Origin: a virus
Lineage: Duplodnaviria; Heunggongvirae; Uroviricota; Caudoviricetes
Reading direction: 5' to 3' (one strand)
DNA: 41,547 nucleotides
IMG/VR virus record: IMGVR_UViG_3300028833_002727
A program made the position numbers and the translations under genes. Positions within the stretch are counted from its first letter, which is position 1. Each line of letters opens with the position of its first letter. The notes under the pieces are model-generated. The model did no database searches, was not told the origin of the DNA, and saw only the letters and a program-made list of their open reading frames with translations. Below are positions 8,423 to 17,320 of the stretch, piece by piece.

Positions 8423-9136
8423 ATGACAAGAGAAGAATTAAAAACAGTAAAAAGAGGAGAATTTCTTTATGTTCCTATTATAACTAAACATTATGGACAC
8501 AGTGCGGGGAATAGAATAATTGGAAACTATGATTATCCTATGTATGAGTTATTCCGTTTAAAAGTTGAAGATATTTGTGTTTTTGATTATAATGAATTTT
8601 TGATTACAAACGGCGGTGGATATATAATTGAATCTATTGAAAAATCAAAAACAGAGGCATTACAACGAAGAAAAAATTTAGAGGAAAAAGGAGAGTTGGA
8701 AGATTTTGAAAAATTTCTTCCGTTAACACCATGGTGGTATGGTGTGAAAACATTAATAGTTAAATTTGATTTATCTAAGTTGGATAATGATACACAAGAA
8801 CTATTTGATGATACTTATCGTAAATACAGACCAACATTTTTTAGTGATATTGATTATTACGATCCTGTTTTTGGCGATCCTATGGATGTATATAAAAATT
8901 ACTTATCATTTCCTTTAACAGGAAGAGATGGTGTAGTAACAAGTGAAAATGGTTTTAAAGACACCTATTCATATAGAGCATTAAAATTATTTTCAAAAAC
9001 TAAAAAGAACGGGCAAAATATAGTTAAAAATGAAAATCGTGAATGGCTAAAATATATTGATGATGAAATTGAATTTCTTAAAAAAGCAAAAAACGATTTA
9101 ATTAAAATTTCTAAAAAAGATGGTGTATTAATATGA
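8423..9136 (+). CDS. Hypothetical protein
   Basis: ORF track, 237 aa, no motif recognised. Confidence 0.7.
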   Translation: MTREELKTVKRGEFLYVPIITKHYGHSAGNRIIGNYDYPMYELFRLKVEDICVFDYNEFLITNGGGYIIESIEKSKTEALQRRKNLEEKGELEDFEKFLPLTPWWYGVKTLIVKFDLSKLDNDTQELFDDTYRKYRPTFFSDIDYYDPVFGDPMDVYKNYLSFPLTGRDGVVTSENGFKDTYSYRALKLFSKTKKNGQNIVKNENREWLKYIDDEIEFLKKAKNDLIKISKKDGVLI

Positions 9137-9170
9137 TAACAAAATAAATAATAATTTGTGTATTTGAGAT

Positions 9171-10307
9171 ATGGGAAAATTAAAAACCGTAGGTTATGAA
9201 TTAAGGGATGTTGCGGTAATGCAAGCCCCAGTATCGTTTTGTAATCACAGAGGTGATGTAAATCCATTTATTGAGGTATGCAACAGAGAAGTGTATCCTA
9301 TCTTTGTTGCACCGATGGCTTCCGTAACAGATCAGAATAATTACAAGACATGGATTGATAATAAATTGACACCAGTAATTCCTCGTAGTGTGAAAAAGAG
9401 TGAGAACAATCCAAATGGCTTAACATTTGAAGAGAGAATGGAATTAGCAAAAGAGACATTTGTTTCTATTTCTCTTAAGGAGGCACAAAATGAATTATAT
9501 AATTATTTAGATGTTAGTGAATATGGTTCTCTTGCATATACCTGGTATATTTGTATAGATATTGCTCATGGAACATTGAGCGAACTTTACGATATATGTA
9601 AAAAACTTAAATCAGAATATGGAAAACATATAGTTCTTATGACTGGTAATGTCGCAAATCCAAGTGCGTATTCTTTTTATGCTGATGCTGGTGTGGACTA
9701 CTGTCGTGTTGGAATTGGAGGTGGATCTCGCTGTACGAGTAGCGCAAATGTTTCAATTCACTATGGAATGGCGACACTTTTAGACCAAATAAATGAAGAA
9801 AGAAAAGCATATGCACACTCCCACAATGGAAATGCACCAACTAAGATTATTGCTGATGGCGGAATTGGCTGGTTTGATGATATTCAAAAAGCATTAGCAC
9901 TTGGGGCAGATGCGGTTATGGCTGGAAAGATTTTTGCAGAGTGTGAAGAAGCATGTGAAGAAATCTACTGGGCTGAAAGTTTGGAAGATGCAAAACGCAA
10001 AGAATTAAGATATTATAACTGTGATGAATTACCAGAAGGAAAATGGTTTAGGTTCCGTGATTACTATGGAATGAGTAGTAAACGTGCACAACTTCAGATT
10101 TCTGATGATAAAACAAAACTGAAAACATCTGAAGGTATTGATAAACCTGTAGAAGTAAAATATCCTGTTACAAAATGGGTTGACAATATGCAGTCTTATT
10201 TAAGAAGTTGTATGACATACACCAACTCGCATACAATTAAAGAATTACGAGAGAATGCACAGGTTATTATTCTTGGAGGTTCAGGTGATGCTGCGTATAG
10301 AAAATAA
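9171..10307 (+). CDS. GMP reductase / IMP dehydrogenase family oxidoreductase (no CBS domains)
   Basis: DIAHG, GNVA, GIGGGSRCTS (catalytic Cys loop), IIADGGI, ALALGADAVMAG, YYGMSS...EG. Confidence 0.88.
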   Translation: MGKLKTVGYELRDVAVMQAPVSFCNHRGDVNPFIEVCNREVYPIFVAPMASVTDQNNYKTWIDNKLTPVIPRSVKKSENNPNGLTFEERMELAKETFVSISLKEAQNELYNYLDVSEYGSLAYTWYICIDIAHGTLSELYDICKKLKSEYGKHIVLMTGNVANPSAYSFYADAGVDYCRVGIGGGSRCTSSANVSIHYGMATLLDQINEERKAYAHSHNGNAPTKIIADGGIGWFDDIQKALALGADAVMAGKIFAECEEACEEIYWAESLEDAKRKELRYYNCDELPEGKWFRFRDYYGMSSKRAQLQISDDKTKLKTSEGIDKPVEVKYPVTKWVDNMQSYLRSCMTYTNSHTIKELRENAQVIILGGSGDAAYRK

Positions 10308-10330
10308 AGGGGACTTTGAGCCCTTTTTTT
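10305..10330 (+). terminator. Weak putative intrinsic terminator
   Basis: AAAGGG...CCCTTT stem followed by a T run; the stem is short. Confidence 0.4.
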
Positions 10331-10339
10331 GTTAATAAA

Positions 10340-10348
10340 GTATTTATT
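10340..10348 (+). promoter_or_regulatory. GTATTTATT motif (second promoter class)
   Basis: Lies between the putative terminator and ATG 10365. Confidence 0.5.
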
Positions 10349-10364
10349 ATAAAAGGCATTTAAA

Positions 10365-10820
10365 ATGAAAAATATAATTAGTGAAAAAGAAATTCGTCAA
10401 ATTGTACAAGAAACGTTAAACTCTATAGTTAAAGAAAACGATAGGCACAGGCCTGGTTATTGGGCTGAAAGATGGGCAAAACAAAAAGCACAGAAAGCAG
10501 CAGAAAATGGTGAAGAACAACAAGTTAAACCAAAAAAGCCAAAGAAAAAAGACAGGCATCGCCCTGGTTACTATAGAGAATATAACATGAAGCATCCTGA
10601 AAGACTTAATCGTGGTTATACTAAAGGATATGTTGGAGGTTGTGTTGATAATGGAAAAATAAATCAAGAGATTGGTAAAGAAATATTTCCTGGTGTTAAA
10701 ATTATTGGTTATGATGAAATTGGTAGGCCAGTAACAAACGACGATTTTTACAACCATATTTTGCACAAAAATATGGAGTGGCACGACGATGATTGGTATG
10801 AAGGCATGAATGATGATTAG
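10365..10820 (+). CDS. Hypothetical protein with a duplicated DRHRPGY motif
   Basis: DRHRPGYW and DRHRPGYY; N-terminal SEKEIRQIVQETL helix. Confidence 0.7.
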   Translation: MKNIISEKEIRQIVQETLNSIVKENDRHRPGYWAERWAKQKAQKAAENGEEQQVKPKKPKKKDRHRPGYYREYNMKHPERLNRGYTKGYVGGCVDNGKINQEIGKEIFPGVKIIGYDEIGRPVTNDDFYNHILHKNMEWHDDDWYEGMNDD

Positions 10821-10844
10821 TTATAAAAATTACACGTATAGACT

Positions 10845-11624
10845 ATGTTATTAAAAAAAGGAAGTAAAGGTGAAGCAGTAAAACAACTGCAAACCATTTT
10901 AGGCTGTAGGCCTGATGGTGATTTTGGTGCAACCACTGAACGTTTGGTTAAAGAATGGCAAAAAGAACATGGATTAGTTGCTGACGGAATTGTTGGCGAC
11001 AAAACATGGGACGCTATGATGAATGCACCACGTGTTAATAATAAAGTAATTGGTTCTGGAGTGGTATATAACCCAATAGATAAACATATCACACGTTTAA
11101 ATGATAGAAAAGTTGAATATTTGGTTATTCATTATACTGCTGGCGGAAGTTCAGCTGGTGATTCTGAGACTAAAACTCGTAATGTGTTTTTAAACCGAAA
11201 CGCAAGTGCTGATTTTGTTGTAGATGATGATACTATACTACAAGTAAATCCAGATATAAGCAATTACTATTGTTGGGCGGTTGGTGATGGAAATGGAAAA
11301 TATGGTATAACAAATAAAAACGCAGTAAGTATTGAAATTTGTTCAAACCTAAAAAAAGGTACAACAGGTAAAGTACCAAATCATGAAGGATGGTATTTTA
11401 CGGAAAGCGCTATTGATAATGCTGTTAAACTTTCAAAAATGATTATGAAAGTTTACAATATACCGTTGAATAAAGTTGTCCGCCATTATGATGCGACTAG
11501 AAAGTTATGCCCCGGTATTATAGGATGGAACCCAGGGGTTATATATGACTCGGTAACTGGTAAACCAACTAAAAATAAAAGTGATGAGAAAAAATGGCTG
11601 GATTTCAAAAAACGTTTATCATAA
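10845..11624 (+). CDS. Endolysin: peptidoglycan-binding domain plus N-acetylmuramoyl-L-alanine amidase (Amidase_2)
   Basis: LKKGSKGEAVKQLQ..DGDFG..T..WQ..DGIVG..TW; LVIHYTAG, SIEIC, VVRHYD, KLCPG. Confidence 0.92.
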   Translation: MLLKKGSKGEAVKQLQTILGCRPDGDFGATTERLVKEWQKEHGLVADGIVGDKTWDAMMNAPRVNNKVIGSGVVYNPIDKHITRLNDRKVEYLVIHYTAGGSSAGDSETKTRNVFLNRNASADFVVDDDTILQVNPDISNYYCWAVGDGNGKYGITNKNAVSIEICSNLKKGTTGKVPNHEGWYFTESAIDNAVKLSKMIMKVYNIPLNKVVRHYDATRKLCPGIIGWNPGVIYDSVTGKPTKNKSDEKKWLDFKKRLS

Positions 11625-11631
11625 CAATATG

Positions 11632-11664
11632 AGAAGGAACATGAAAGTTTCCTTCTTTTTTTTT
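11632..11664 (+). terminator. Intrinsic terminator after the endolysin gene
   Basis: AGAAGGAAC-ATGAAA-GTTTCCTTCT stem (one bulge) followed by T8. Confidence 0.8.
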
Positions 11665-11672
11665 GAAATTTA

Positions 11673-11704
11673 TTTGGTTATTTGAAAAAAATATGTATTT
11701 TACA
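11673..11704 (+). promoter_or_regulatory. Degenerate upstream copy of the Bacteroidota-type promoter
   Basis: Perfect TTTGGTTATTTGAAA, but the -7 box reads TATTTTACA. Confidence 0.45.
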
Positions 11705-11735
11705 ACGAACAAATTTCAAACAATTCCACAAAACA

Positions 11736-11769
11736 TTTGGTTATATGAAATTTTTTTCGTATCTTTGCA
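11736..11769 (+). promoter_or_regulatory. Bacteroidota primary-sigma promoter
   Basis: TTTG 11736-11739, 20-nt spacer, TATCTTTG 11760-11767. Confidence 0.85.
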
Positions 11770-11788
11770 TCGAAAATGTAAAATAACT

Positions 11789-11959
11789 ATGGTAGAATTC
11801 GATTTTGCTACCGATGCAGGTAGAGAAAAAGCAAAAAAAGACATTAAAGAAATCGTCAATAAAGAGGACAAAACAGAATTGATTGAATTGTTGTTCGGTA
11901 TGATGGATTTCATAGCAAAACATGAGGTTAATTTTGAGAATATAAAGGCTGTGCTATGA
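11789..11959 (+). CDS. Small hypothetical protein (56 aa)
   Basis: Start revised to ATG 11789, downstream of the promoter. Confidence 0.65.
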   Translation: MVEFDFATDAGREKAKKDIKEIVNKEDKTELIELLFGMMDFIAKHEVNFENIKAVL

Positions 11960-12282
11960 CTACAAAAGAGAAAATAATTAAACGTCTAAACGAGGGGTTT
12001 GGTTACAATCTACCGCTTGATACTGTGATATACACGCATCAAGCCAATGGTGGAAATAAAAAGATGAATGGTGAGTCGTTTAGTTGGTATTTAAACGATA
12101 CAAAGAACGCATTTGGTTTCCTGCTTGGTAGTTACAGTACAATGACTGAATGTTTGAAGTGGAAACGTTGGGTAATAAATCCTGATCCACACCAAGAAGA
12201 GATATTCGAGTACATTGAAGAACATGATGAGTTCTATAGACGTCCGAGATTTTATAACTATTTAATTGAAAACGAGAAATAA
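11956..12282 (+). CDS. Hypothetical protein
   Basis: ATGA overlap with the previous gene. Confidence 0.7.
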   Translation: MTTKEKIIKRLNEGFGYNLPLDTVIYTHQANGGNKKMNGESFSWYLNDTKNAFGFLLGSYSTMTECLKWKRWVINPDPHQEEIFEYIEEHDEFYRRPRFYNYLIENEK

Positions 12283-12286
12283 CAAT

Positions 12287-12766
12287 ATGGAAAAGAAAAT
12301 TAGTTGCGGTATTTTAATCTGCACGGAACATGGTTTTTTAGCGGTACATCCAACTGGGAGAAAAGAGGATTTTGGTTGTTACGACATTCCAAAAGGATGC
12401 CATGAAGGTAAAGAAACGTACTATCAAACCGCAGTACGTGAGTTGAGAGAAGAGACTGGTTTGGACTTGGACTTTGTTGAACAATTCTCAAACCTGAATA
12501 TGTACGATTTTGGTGTTAACAAATATTTGAAAGATAAGGATTTGGTTTTGTACGCGGTTGAAATACCAGACATTGACAAATACTTCAATTTCAAATGTAC
12601 ATCATTTTTTGAAAATGAACACGGTATGGAGATTCCTGAAGTAGATGGGTTTATGTGGGTTCGAGATTTGAACTACTATTTCAAGTCACTCAATAAAACC
12701 TTCAAGGAACTACGTGAACATAATTACTACTTTAGACATTTAATAGAGAAATACGAAAATGCTTGA
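12287..12766 (+). CDS. Nudix hydrolase (NudE-like)
   Basis: Nudix box KGCHEGKETYYQTAVRELREETGL; start revised to 12287. Confidence 0.9.
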   Translation: MEKKISCGILICTEHGFLAVHPTGRKEDFGCYDIPKGCHEGKETYYQTAVRELREETGLDLDFVEQFSNLNMYDFGVNKYLKDKDLVLYAVEIPDIDKYFNFKCTSFFENEHGMEIPEVDGFMWVRDLNYYFKSLNKTFKELREHNYYFRHLIEKYENA

Positions 12767-14063
12767 TGTTAAAAATGTAAAAGTAGATTTGGATTTGGGA
12801 GAAAATTCAATTCTGCTATATCGCTTCGTTCGTGGTAGCCATTCACATGGTACTGCCACTGAAACCAGTGATATTGACACAATGAGCGTATACATCAATC
12901 CGCAAGACAAGTTACTCGGTTTTACCGACAAAGACGATTTCTATGTTGCGGATGAAAAGAATGATAACGTAGCATATGAACTTGGGCGTTACCTTGAACT
13001 GCTTGTTAAGGCTAATCCTACCATGCTTGAAAGTTTGTACGTTAGCGATGACTGTGTTGTTTACAAACACCCTGTCATGGATAAGATTTTCAAAATGCGT
13101 GACAAGTTCTTGTGTAAGGATGCGTTGAAATCATTTACATCTTACGCTCTCGAACAGATACGTAAGGCAAAGGGGTATAATAAGTTGTGCGCATATCCTG
13201 AGAATATGGAACGTAAACAACCTATCGACTTCTGCTTCACGTTTAAAGGACAAGGAACAACTCAGATTAACAACTGGCTTGAAGAGAATGGTTTGAAACA
13301 AATTTATTGTGGACTAAACCATCTTCCGAATATGAACCAGATGTATGGTTTGTTCTATGACTGGGGACAACATATGCACATGGAGTGGAAAACACCTGAA
13401 GAGTTTGCTGATTTCATGTTTAGTGATGGTGGCGAAAAATTCCGTAAAACCGTTAAAAAATATGACGCAGCACTATACAAGAAGTATTTTGCTCCTCGTG
13501 ACAGATGGTGGAAACGTTTCTTCTTCGGAAGAAAATATGAAACAATTTATCCACTCATAGTACCAAAGGGTTATCACGGTATCCAGAAAGAATCTGGTAA
13601 ATCCAATGATGTGCATCTTGACAGTATTAAAAAGGGAGATACGCCTCTATGCTGGATGCACTACAATAAAGATGGTTATCAGAGTCATTGCAAACTATAT
13701 AAAAATTGGAGTGACTGGAAACGCCTACGTAATGAGGCACGTTACAAATCTAACTTCGGACAAGGATACGACGCCAAAAACATGAGTGAGGTTGTTCGTC
13801 TATTGTCAATGGGTTGTGAATTGGCTGAAGGTAAAGGTTTCATCGTTGATAGACGTATTACAGGTGATAGAGAGTATCTGCTTGACATCAAGAAGCATAA
13901 GTACACTTATGAAGATTTGATTGAGGTTGGTAACAAACTTGAAACACGTCTAAACGAAGCAATGAAAACTTGTACGCTTCCTGAACACGTTGATGAGGAA
14001 ATGGCTAACAAACTACTTATCGAAATGAGAAAAGAATTGTATAAAAAACCTAAGAAGCAATAA
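12759..14063 (+). CDS. Pol-beta superfamily nucleotidyltransferase (PF10127 RlaP / T4 NrdC.11-like)
   Basis: GSHSHGTATETSDID (GS..DxD), YELGRY..LL.KANP..LE.L, YDAKNM...RLL, LLDIK. Confidence 0.8.
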   Translation: MLDVKNVKVDLDLGENSILLYRFVRGSHSHGTATETSDIDTMSVYINPQDKLLGFTDKDDFYVADEKNDNVAYELGRYLELLVKANPTMLESLYVSDDCVVYKHPVMDKIFKMRDKFLCKDALKSFTSYALEQIRKAKGYNKLCAYPENMERKQPIDFCFTFKGQGTTQINNWLEENGLKQIYCGLNHLPNMNQMYGLFYDWGQHMHMEWKTPEEFADFMFSDGGEKFRKTVKKYDAALYKKYFAPRDRWWKRFFFGRKYETIYPLIVPKGYHGIQKESGKSNDVHLDSIKKGDTPLCWMHYNKDGYQSHCKLYKNWSDWKRLRNEARYKSNFGQGYDAKNMSEVVRLLSMGCELAEGKGFIVDRRITGDREYLLDIKKHKYTYEDLIEVGNKLETRLNEAMKTCTLPEHVDEEMANKLLIEMRKELYKKPKKQ

Positions 14064-14281
14064 TGGCAAATTATATACTTCCAGAACATATTGATAAGAT
14101 AGAAGACATCTATCGTCCTTGTCAACAGTTTGACGACTTATACATCGTTGAGTATCCCTATTCCTTTGCTTTTGGCATTGGACGGGAACTCTCAACTGAT
14201 GAGGTAGAGACAATAGACAAGTTGAGTGCATTTGTTGCAAAATATATACGTGAAAAAGGTATAACCCCAAAGTTTAAATAA
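14063..14281 (+). CDS. Hypothetical protein
   Basis: TAATG coupling to the previous gene. Confidence 0.65.
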   Translation: MANYILPEHIDKIEDIYRPCQQFDDLYIVEYPYSFAFGIGRELSTDEVETIDKLSAFVAKYIREKGITPKFK

Positions 14282-14282
14282 C

Positions 14283-14558
14283 ATGAAATATCGGATAGCG
14301 AAAAAAATCATAAAGCGGACACCGAGTATATGGCTTTGGTTAACGTCTGGAAGCCAATGGGTTAAAGCTGCTGGTACGTTAATGGAACAATGCGATAACG
14401 ATTCCGTTGGAATATGTATCAAGTTCATGGATTACGATTGGAAAATGTGTTTAACCAATGCTAACAAAATCGGTATAACATCACGTTATTTGAAAGCGTA
14501 CTATGCTGAAACGTATGCATCAAAGTATTTTTATAATCGGTATTATAAAAGAAAATGA
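14283..14558 (+). CDS. Hypothetical protein
   Basis: ORF track, co-oriented. Confidence 0.6.
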   Translation: MKYRIAKKIIKRTPSIWLWLTSGSQWVKAAGTLMEQCDNDSVGICIKFMDYDWKMCLTNANKIGITSRYLKAYYAETYASKYFYNRYYKRK

Positions 14559-15109
14559 CAGTAATATATTCAAATTTTGGAGATAATGATACGGCGATAC
14601 TGCCGCTTATCTGGGAAGGGTTGCCTAATGTTACCGTAATTGAAATAACACGGGATACTGATAATTTTGAGGAAATAGTTGATGATGCTATTTCACAGGA
14701 AACCGATACTATTTTGTTTTGCGGGCACGGCTCAACTCTTGGTTTACTGCACCCGAATTTGGACTCAGGACAATATATTCTACATGAGAATAACAGTCAT
14801 CTAATACGCGCCAATAGAGTAATAGGGATTTGGTGTTATGCATCAGAATTTGCAGAAGCACAACATTTAAACGGTTTTTTTTCATGGATGTTCATTTCTA
14901 ATTTGAATGAAGCATATGAAAATGGTTTAACGGAAGCATATGCAAGTGACATTGATATGTCCAGTCGGTTATTTGCTGAGCGGTTAAACGGACTACTATT
15001 AGCAAATGTCCCAATGAATGAGTGGGTTCAAAGATTACAAACACAAATGAATTTAGAAATACCAACTGAAGTTTTTAATTATATGGGATTAACCTATTTA
15101 AACGATTAA
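14555..15109 (+). CDS. Hypothetical protein with a possible caspase-hemoglobinase (His-Cys dyad) fold
   Basis: ILFCGHGS and VIGIWCYA motifs. The CDS is solid; the fold call is inference. Confidence 0.6.
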   Translation: MTVIYSNFGDNDTAILPLIWEGLPNVTVIEITRDTDNFEEIVDDAISQETDTILFCGHGSTLGLLHPNLDSGQYILHENNSHLIRANRVIGIWCYASEFAEAQHLNGFFSWMFISNLNEAYENGLTEAYASDIDMSSRLFAERLNGLLLANVPMNEWVQRLQTQMNLEIPTEVFNYMGLTYLND

Positions 15110-15122
15110 AAAAAATAAAAAT

Positions 15123-16622
15123 ATGAGACTAATTAAATCAGTAAAAGCAAATGATAACTACTGCGCAGTAGTAGTTGATATTAAGGATTTTGCTCCTCAC
15201 AGCAATCCTACAACGACATCATTAAAAGTAGCCAGTGTCGGTGCTTTTGATGTTGCAGTAAGCATTGATGAGCAACCAGGTAAGTTTGTATACTTTCCAG
15301 TAAGTTCACAAATCAATGGTTCTCTATTGTCATACCTATGTCTATACAGACACTCACACCTCAACGAAGATCCTAACAGAACAGGTTTCTTCGAGGATAA
15401 CGGACGTGTAAAAGGTATCAGACTTAGAGGACAAGTATCAATGGGTTTCCTTCTCAGATTTGATGATTTGAGAAACTTCGTAGTAAATAACTTCAACGAT
15501 GAAATCAACGCTGAGGATTATGACGATGGTTACGTATTTGATACACTTATTGACTACAAGGAAGGCTACGACCCAGAGAACCCGGATAAGGATTTGGTTA
15601 AGGAACTTCGCCTTGTTAAGAAATACGTGAATGTTCGTCAAGCACGCAACGAGGCAAGAAAAGCCATGACTGGTGGCGATACAAGAAAGGGTAAACGTTT
15701 CCGTACACGCGGTGAGGTTGATAGAGTTGTGCCAGGACAATGGAAACAACACTATAATACAACTATCCTTTCTAAACCAGAAAACGTATGGTTGGTTAAA
15801 CCAGACTCATTTATTCATATTTCTGATAAGTGGGATGGTACACAAGGCGTGTCTTCATACTTGCTATGTTACAAGTCTAAGGATGCAATGACATGGCGTG
15901 AGCGTATTGCTAACTTCCTTTTTGGTGAGCGTCCAACACAATACGAGTATGTATTGGCTTCACACAGAAAGATTCTTTCAAGTGATGCTACTGTTGGTGA
16001 TAGTGGTTTCCACGGCCCAGGTGAAAAGGGCGCGCGTGTAGAGGCACATAAACAACTTATCCCATTCCTCCGTAAGGGTATGACTATCTACTATGAGTTG
16101 GTTGGTTATCCAATTGATTCAGATAAGGCGTTCCAAACGCGTCAAGGACTTGCGATGGATTACGGTTGTGTACCTATGAAAGAAGGTGAAGTTTACACAC
16201 TTGGAGTACACTACAAGATTTACATCTTCCGTATCACTGTAACTAACGAGGATGGTGATGTATTTGAATTCTCACCAACTGACGTACAAAACTGGTGTAA
16301 GTACAATGGTTTAATGCCTGTAATCGAGCGTTACGTAGGACTTGCAAAAGATTTGTATCCAGATTTGGATGTAGACGATCCTGAGTGGAGCAAGCATTTC
16401 TTGAAACGTCTTGCAAACGATGAGAACTTCTTCATGGAGAAAGATTCACCTGATTGTTTGTCTGGCGCTCCACACGAGGGCGTGGTAATTCGTTTCGAGG
16501 ATATGCTACCTCACGCTGGTAAAATCAAAACATTCCGCTTCTGTAACAGGGAGCAAGCCGATGAGGATGCTGGAGTAATCGACATCGAAAACGATGATAT
16601 AGATGTTGATGAAGAAAATTGA
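15123..16622 (+). CDS. RNA ligase (Rnl2 / DRB0094-like) with an N-terminal OB-type domain
   Basis: GRVKGIRLRGQVSMG in the N-domain; ligase motifs I SDKWDGT, III YYELVG, IV EGVVI, V KIK. Confidence 0.88.
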   Translation: MRLIKSVKANDNYCAVVVDIKDFAPHSNPTTTSLKVASVGAFDVAVSIDEQPGKFVYFPVSSQINGSLLSYLCLYRHSHLNEDPNRTGFFEDNGRVKGIRLRGQVSMGFLLRFDDLRNFVVNNFNDEINAEDYDDGYVFDTLIDYKEGYDPENPDKDLVKELRLVKKYVNVRQARNEARKAMTGGDTRKGKRFRTRGEVDRVVPGQWKQHYNTTILSKPENVWLVKPDSFIHISDKWDGTQGVSSYLLCYKSKDAMTWRERIANFLFGERPTQYEYVLASHRKILSSDATVGDSGFHGPGEKGARVEAHKQLIPFLRKGMTIYYELVGYPIDSDKAFQTRQGLAMDYGCVPMKEGEVYTLGVHYKIYIFRITVTNEDGDVFEFSPTDVQNWCKYNGLMPVIERYVGLAKDLYPDLDVDDPEWSKHFLKRLANDENFFMEKDSPDCLSGAPHEGVVIRFEDMLPHAGKIKTFRFCNREQADEDAGVIDIENDDIDVDEEN

Positions 16623-16623
16623 T

Positions 16624-16662
16624 AGGAAATGTGGTTGAGATACACCACATTTCTTGTTTTTT
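16624..16662 (+). terminator. Intrinsic terminator
   Basis: Perfect 10-bp stem GAAATGTGGT / ACCACATTTC with an 8-nt loop and a T-rich tail. Confidence 0.85.
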
Positions 16663-16674
16663 ATAAAAAAAAGT

Positions 16675-16684
16675 GTATATTTAA
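16675..16684 (+). promoter_or_regulatory. GTATATTTAA motif (second promoter class)
   Basis: Directly after the terminator and upstream of ATG 16703. Confidence 0.5.
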
Positions 16685-16702
16685 TAAAAACACGGATAGA
16701 TT

Positions 16703-17320
16703 ATGGGATTTCAAATTACATTTGTGCCACCTGAAGAAAAGATGGTAACTTACAAGCCATGGAATGAGAACATGGTTAACTACAAAGAGGCTATTAAAAA
16801 CACTAAACGTGAGTTGATTTCTTACTGTTTAAAAAATCACGATAATGACGACACGCGTAAAATAGCAACCACTATTGGTTTCAATTTACGTATGTTGATT
16901 TCAAGCATTGAGTTAGATGAAAAGTTTTCAGCGTATAAGCGTTGGAAAGAAGACGCTGATCACGAGTTATGGTATTGTGGTTGGCAATTTTCACACGAAT
17001 GTGAAATTGATAAAGAAGGTATTCTTGAACAAACAACTGACGAATTAACAATTTTAGCTGATGTAGTTAATACACCTGACTATTTCGAAGATATTGACAA
17101 ATTTACAAGAAAGAGAGAAGATATTATTGAGCAACTTGATGATTTTGAATATACAATGCGTGATTTGGTTGTGTATGGGATTATTGACGAGTTGCGTGAG
17201 TTTGAAAAAAAATATGATGACGAGGATAAAGATACAGACTACATTAAACAATTAAAAGATTCCAAAATACCACTTACCGAAATTGAAAATAACGAAGATG
17301 ATAAAGAACTTTGTGAATGA
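16703..17320 (+). CDS. Acidic hypothetical protein
   Basis: ORF track, 205 aa. Confidence 0.7.
   Translation: MGFQITFVPPEEKMVTYKPWNENMVNYKEAIKNTKRELISYCLKNHDNDDTRKIATTIGFNLRMLISSIELDEKFSAYKRWKEDADHELWYCGWQFSHECEIDKEGILEQTTDELTILADVVNTPDYFEDIDKFTRKREDIIEQLDDFEYTMRDLVVYGIIDELREFEKKYDDEDKDTDYIKQLKDSKIPLTEIENNEDDKELCE

Noticed and set aside
9171-10307. Specific guaB or guaC assignment
   Set aside because: The motifs are shared by IMPDH and GMP reductase and cannot be separated by eye; a phylogeny or assay is needed.
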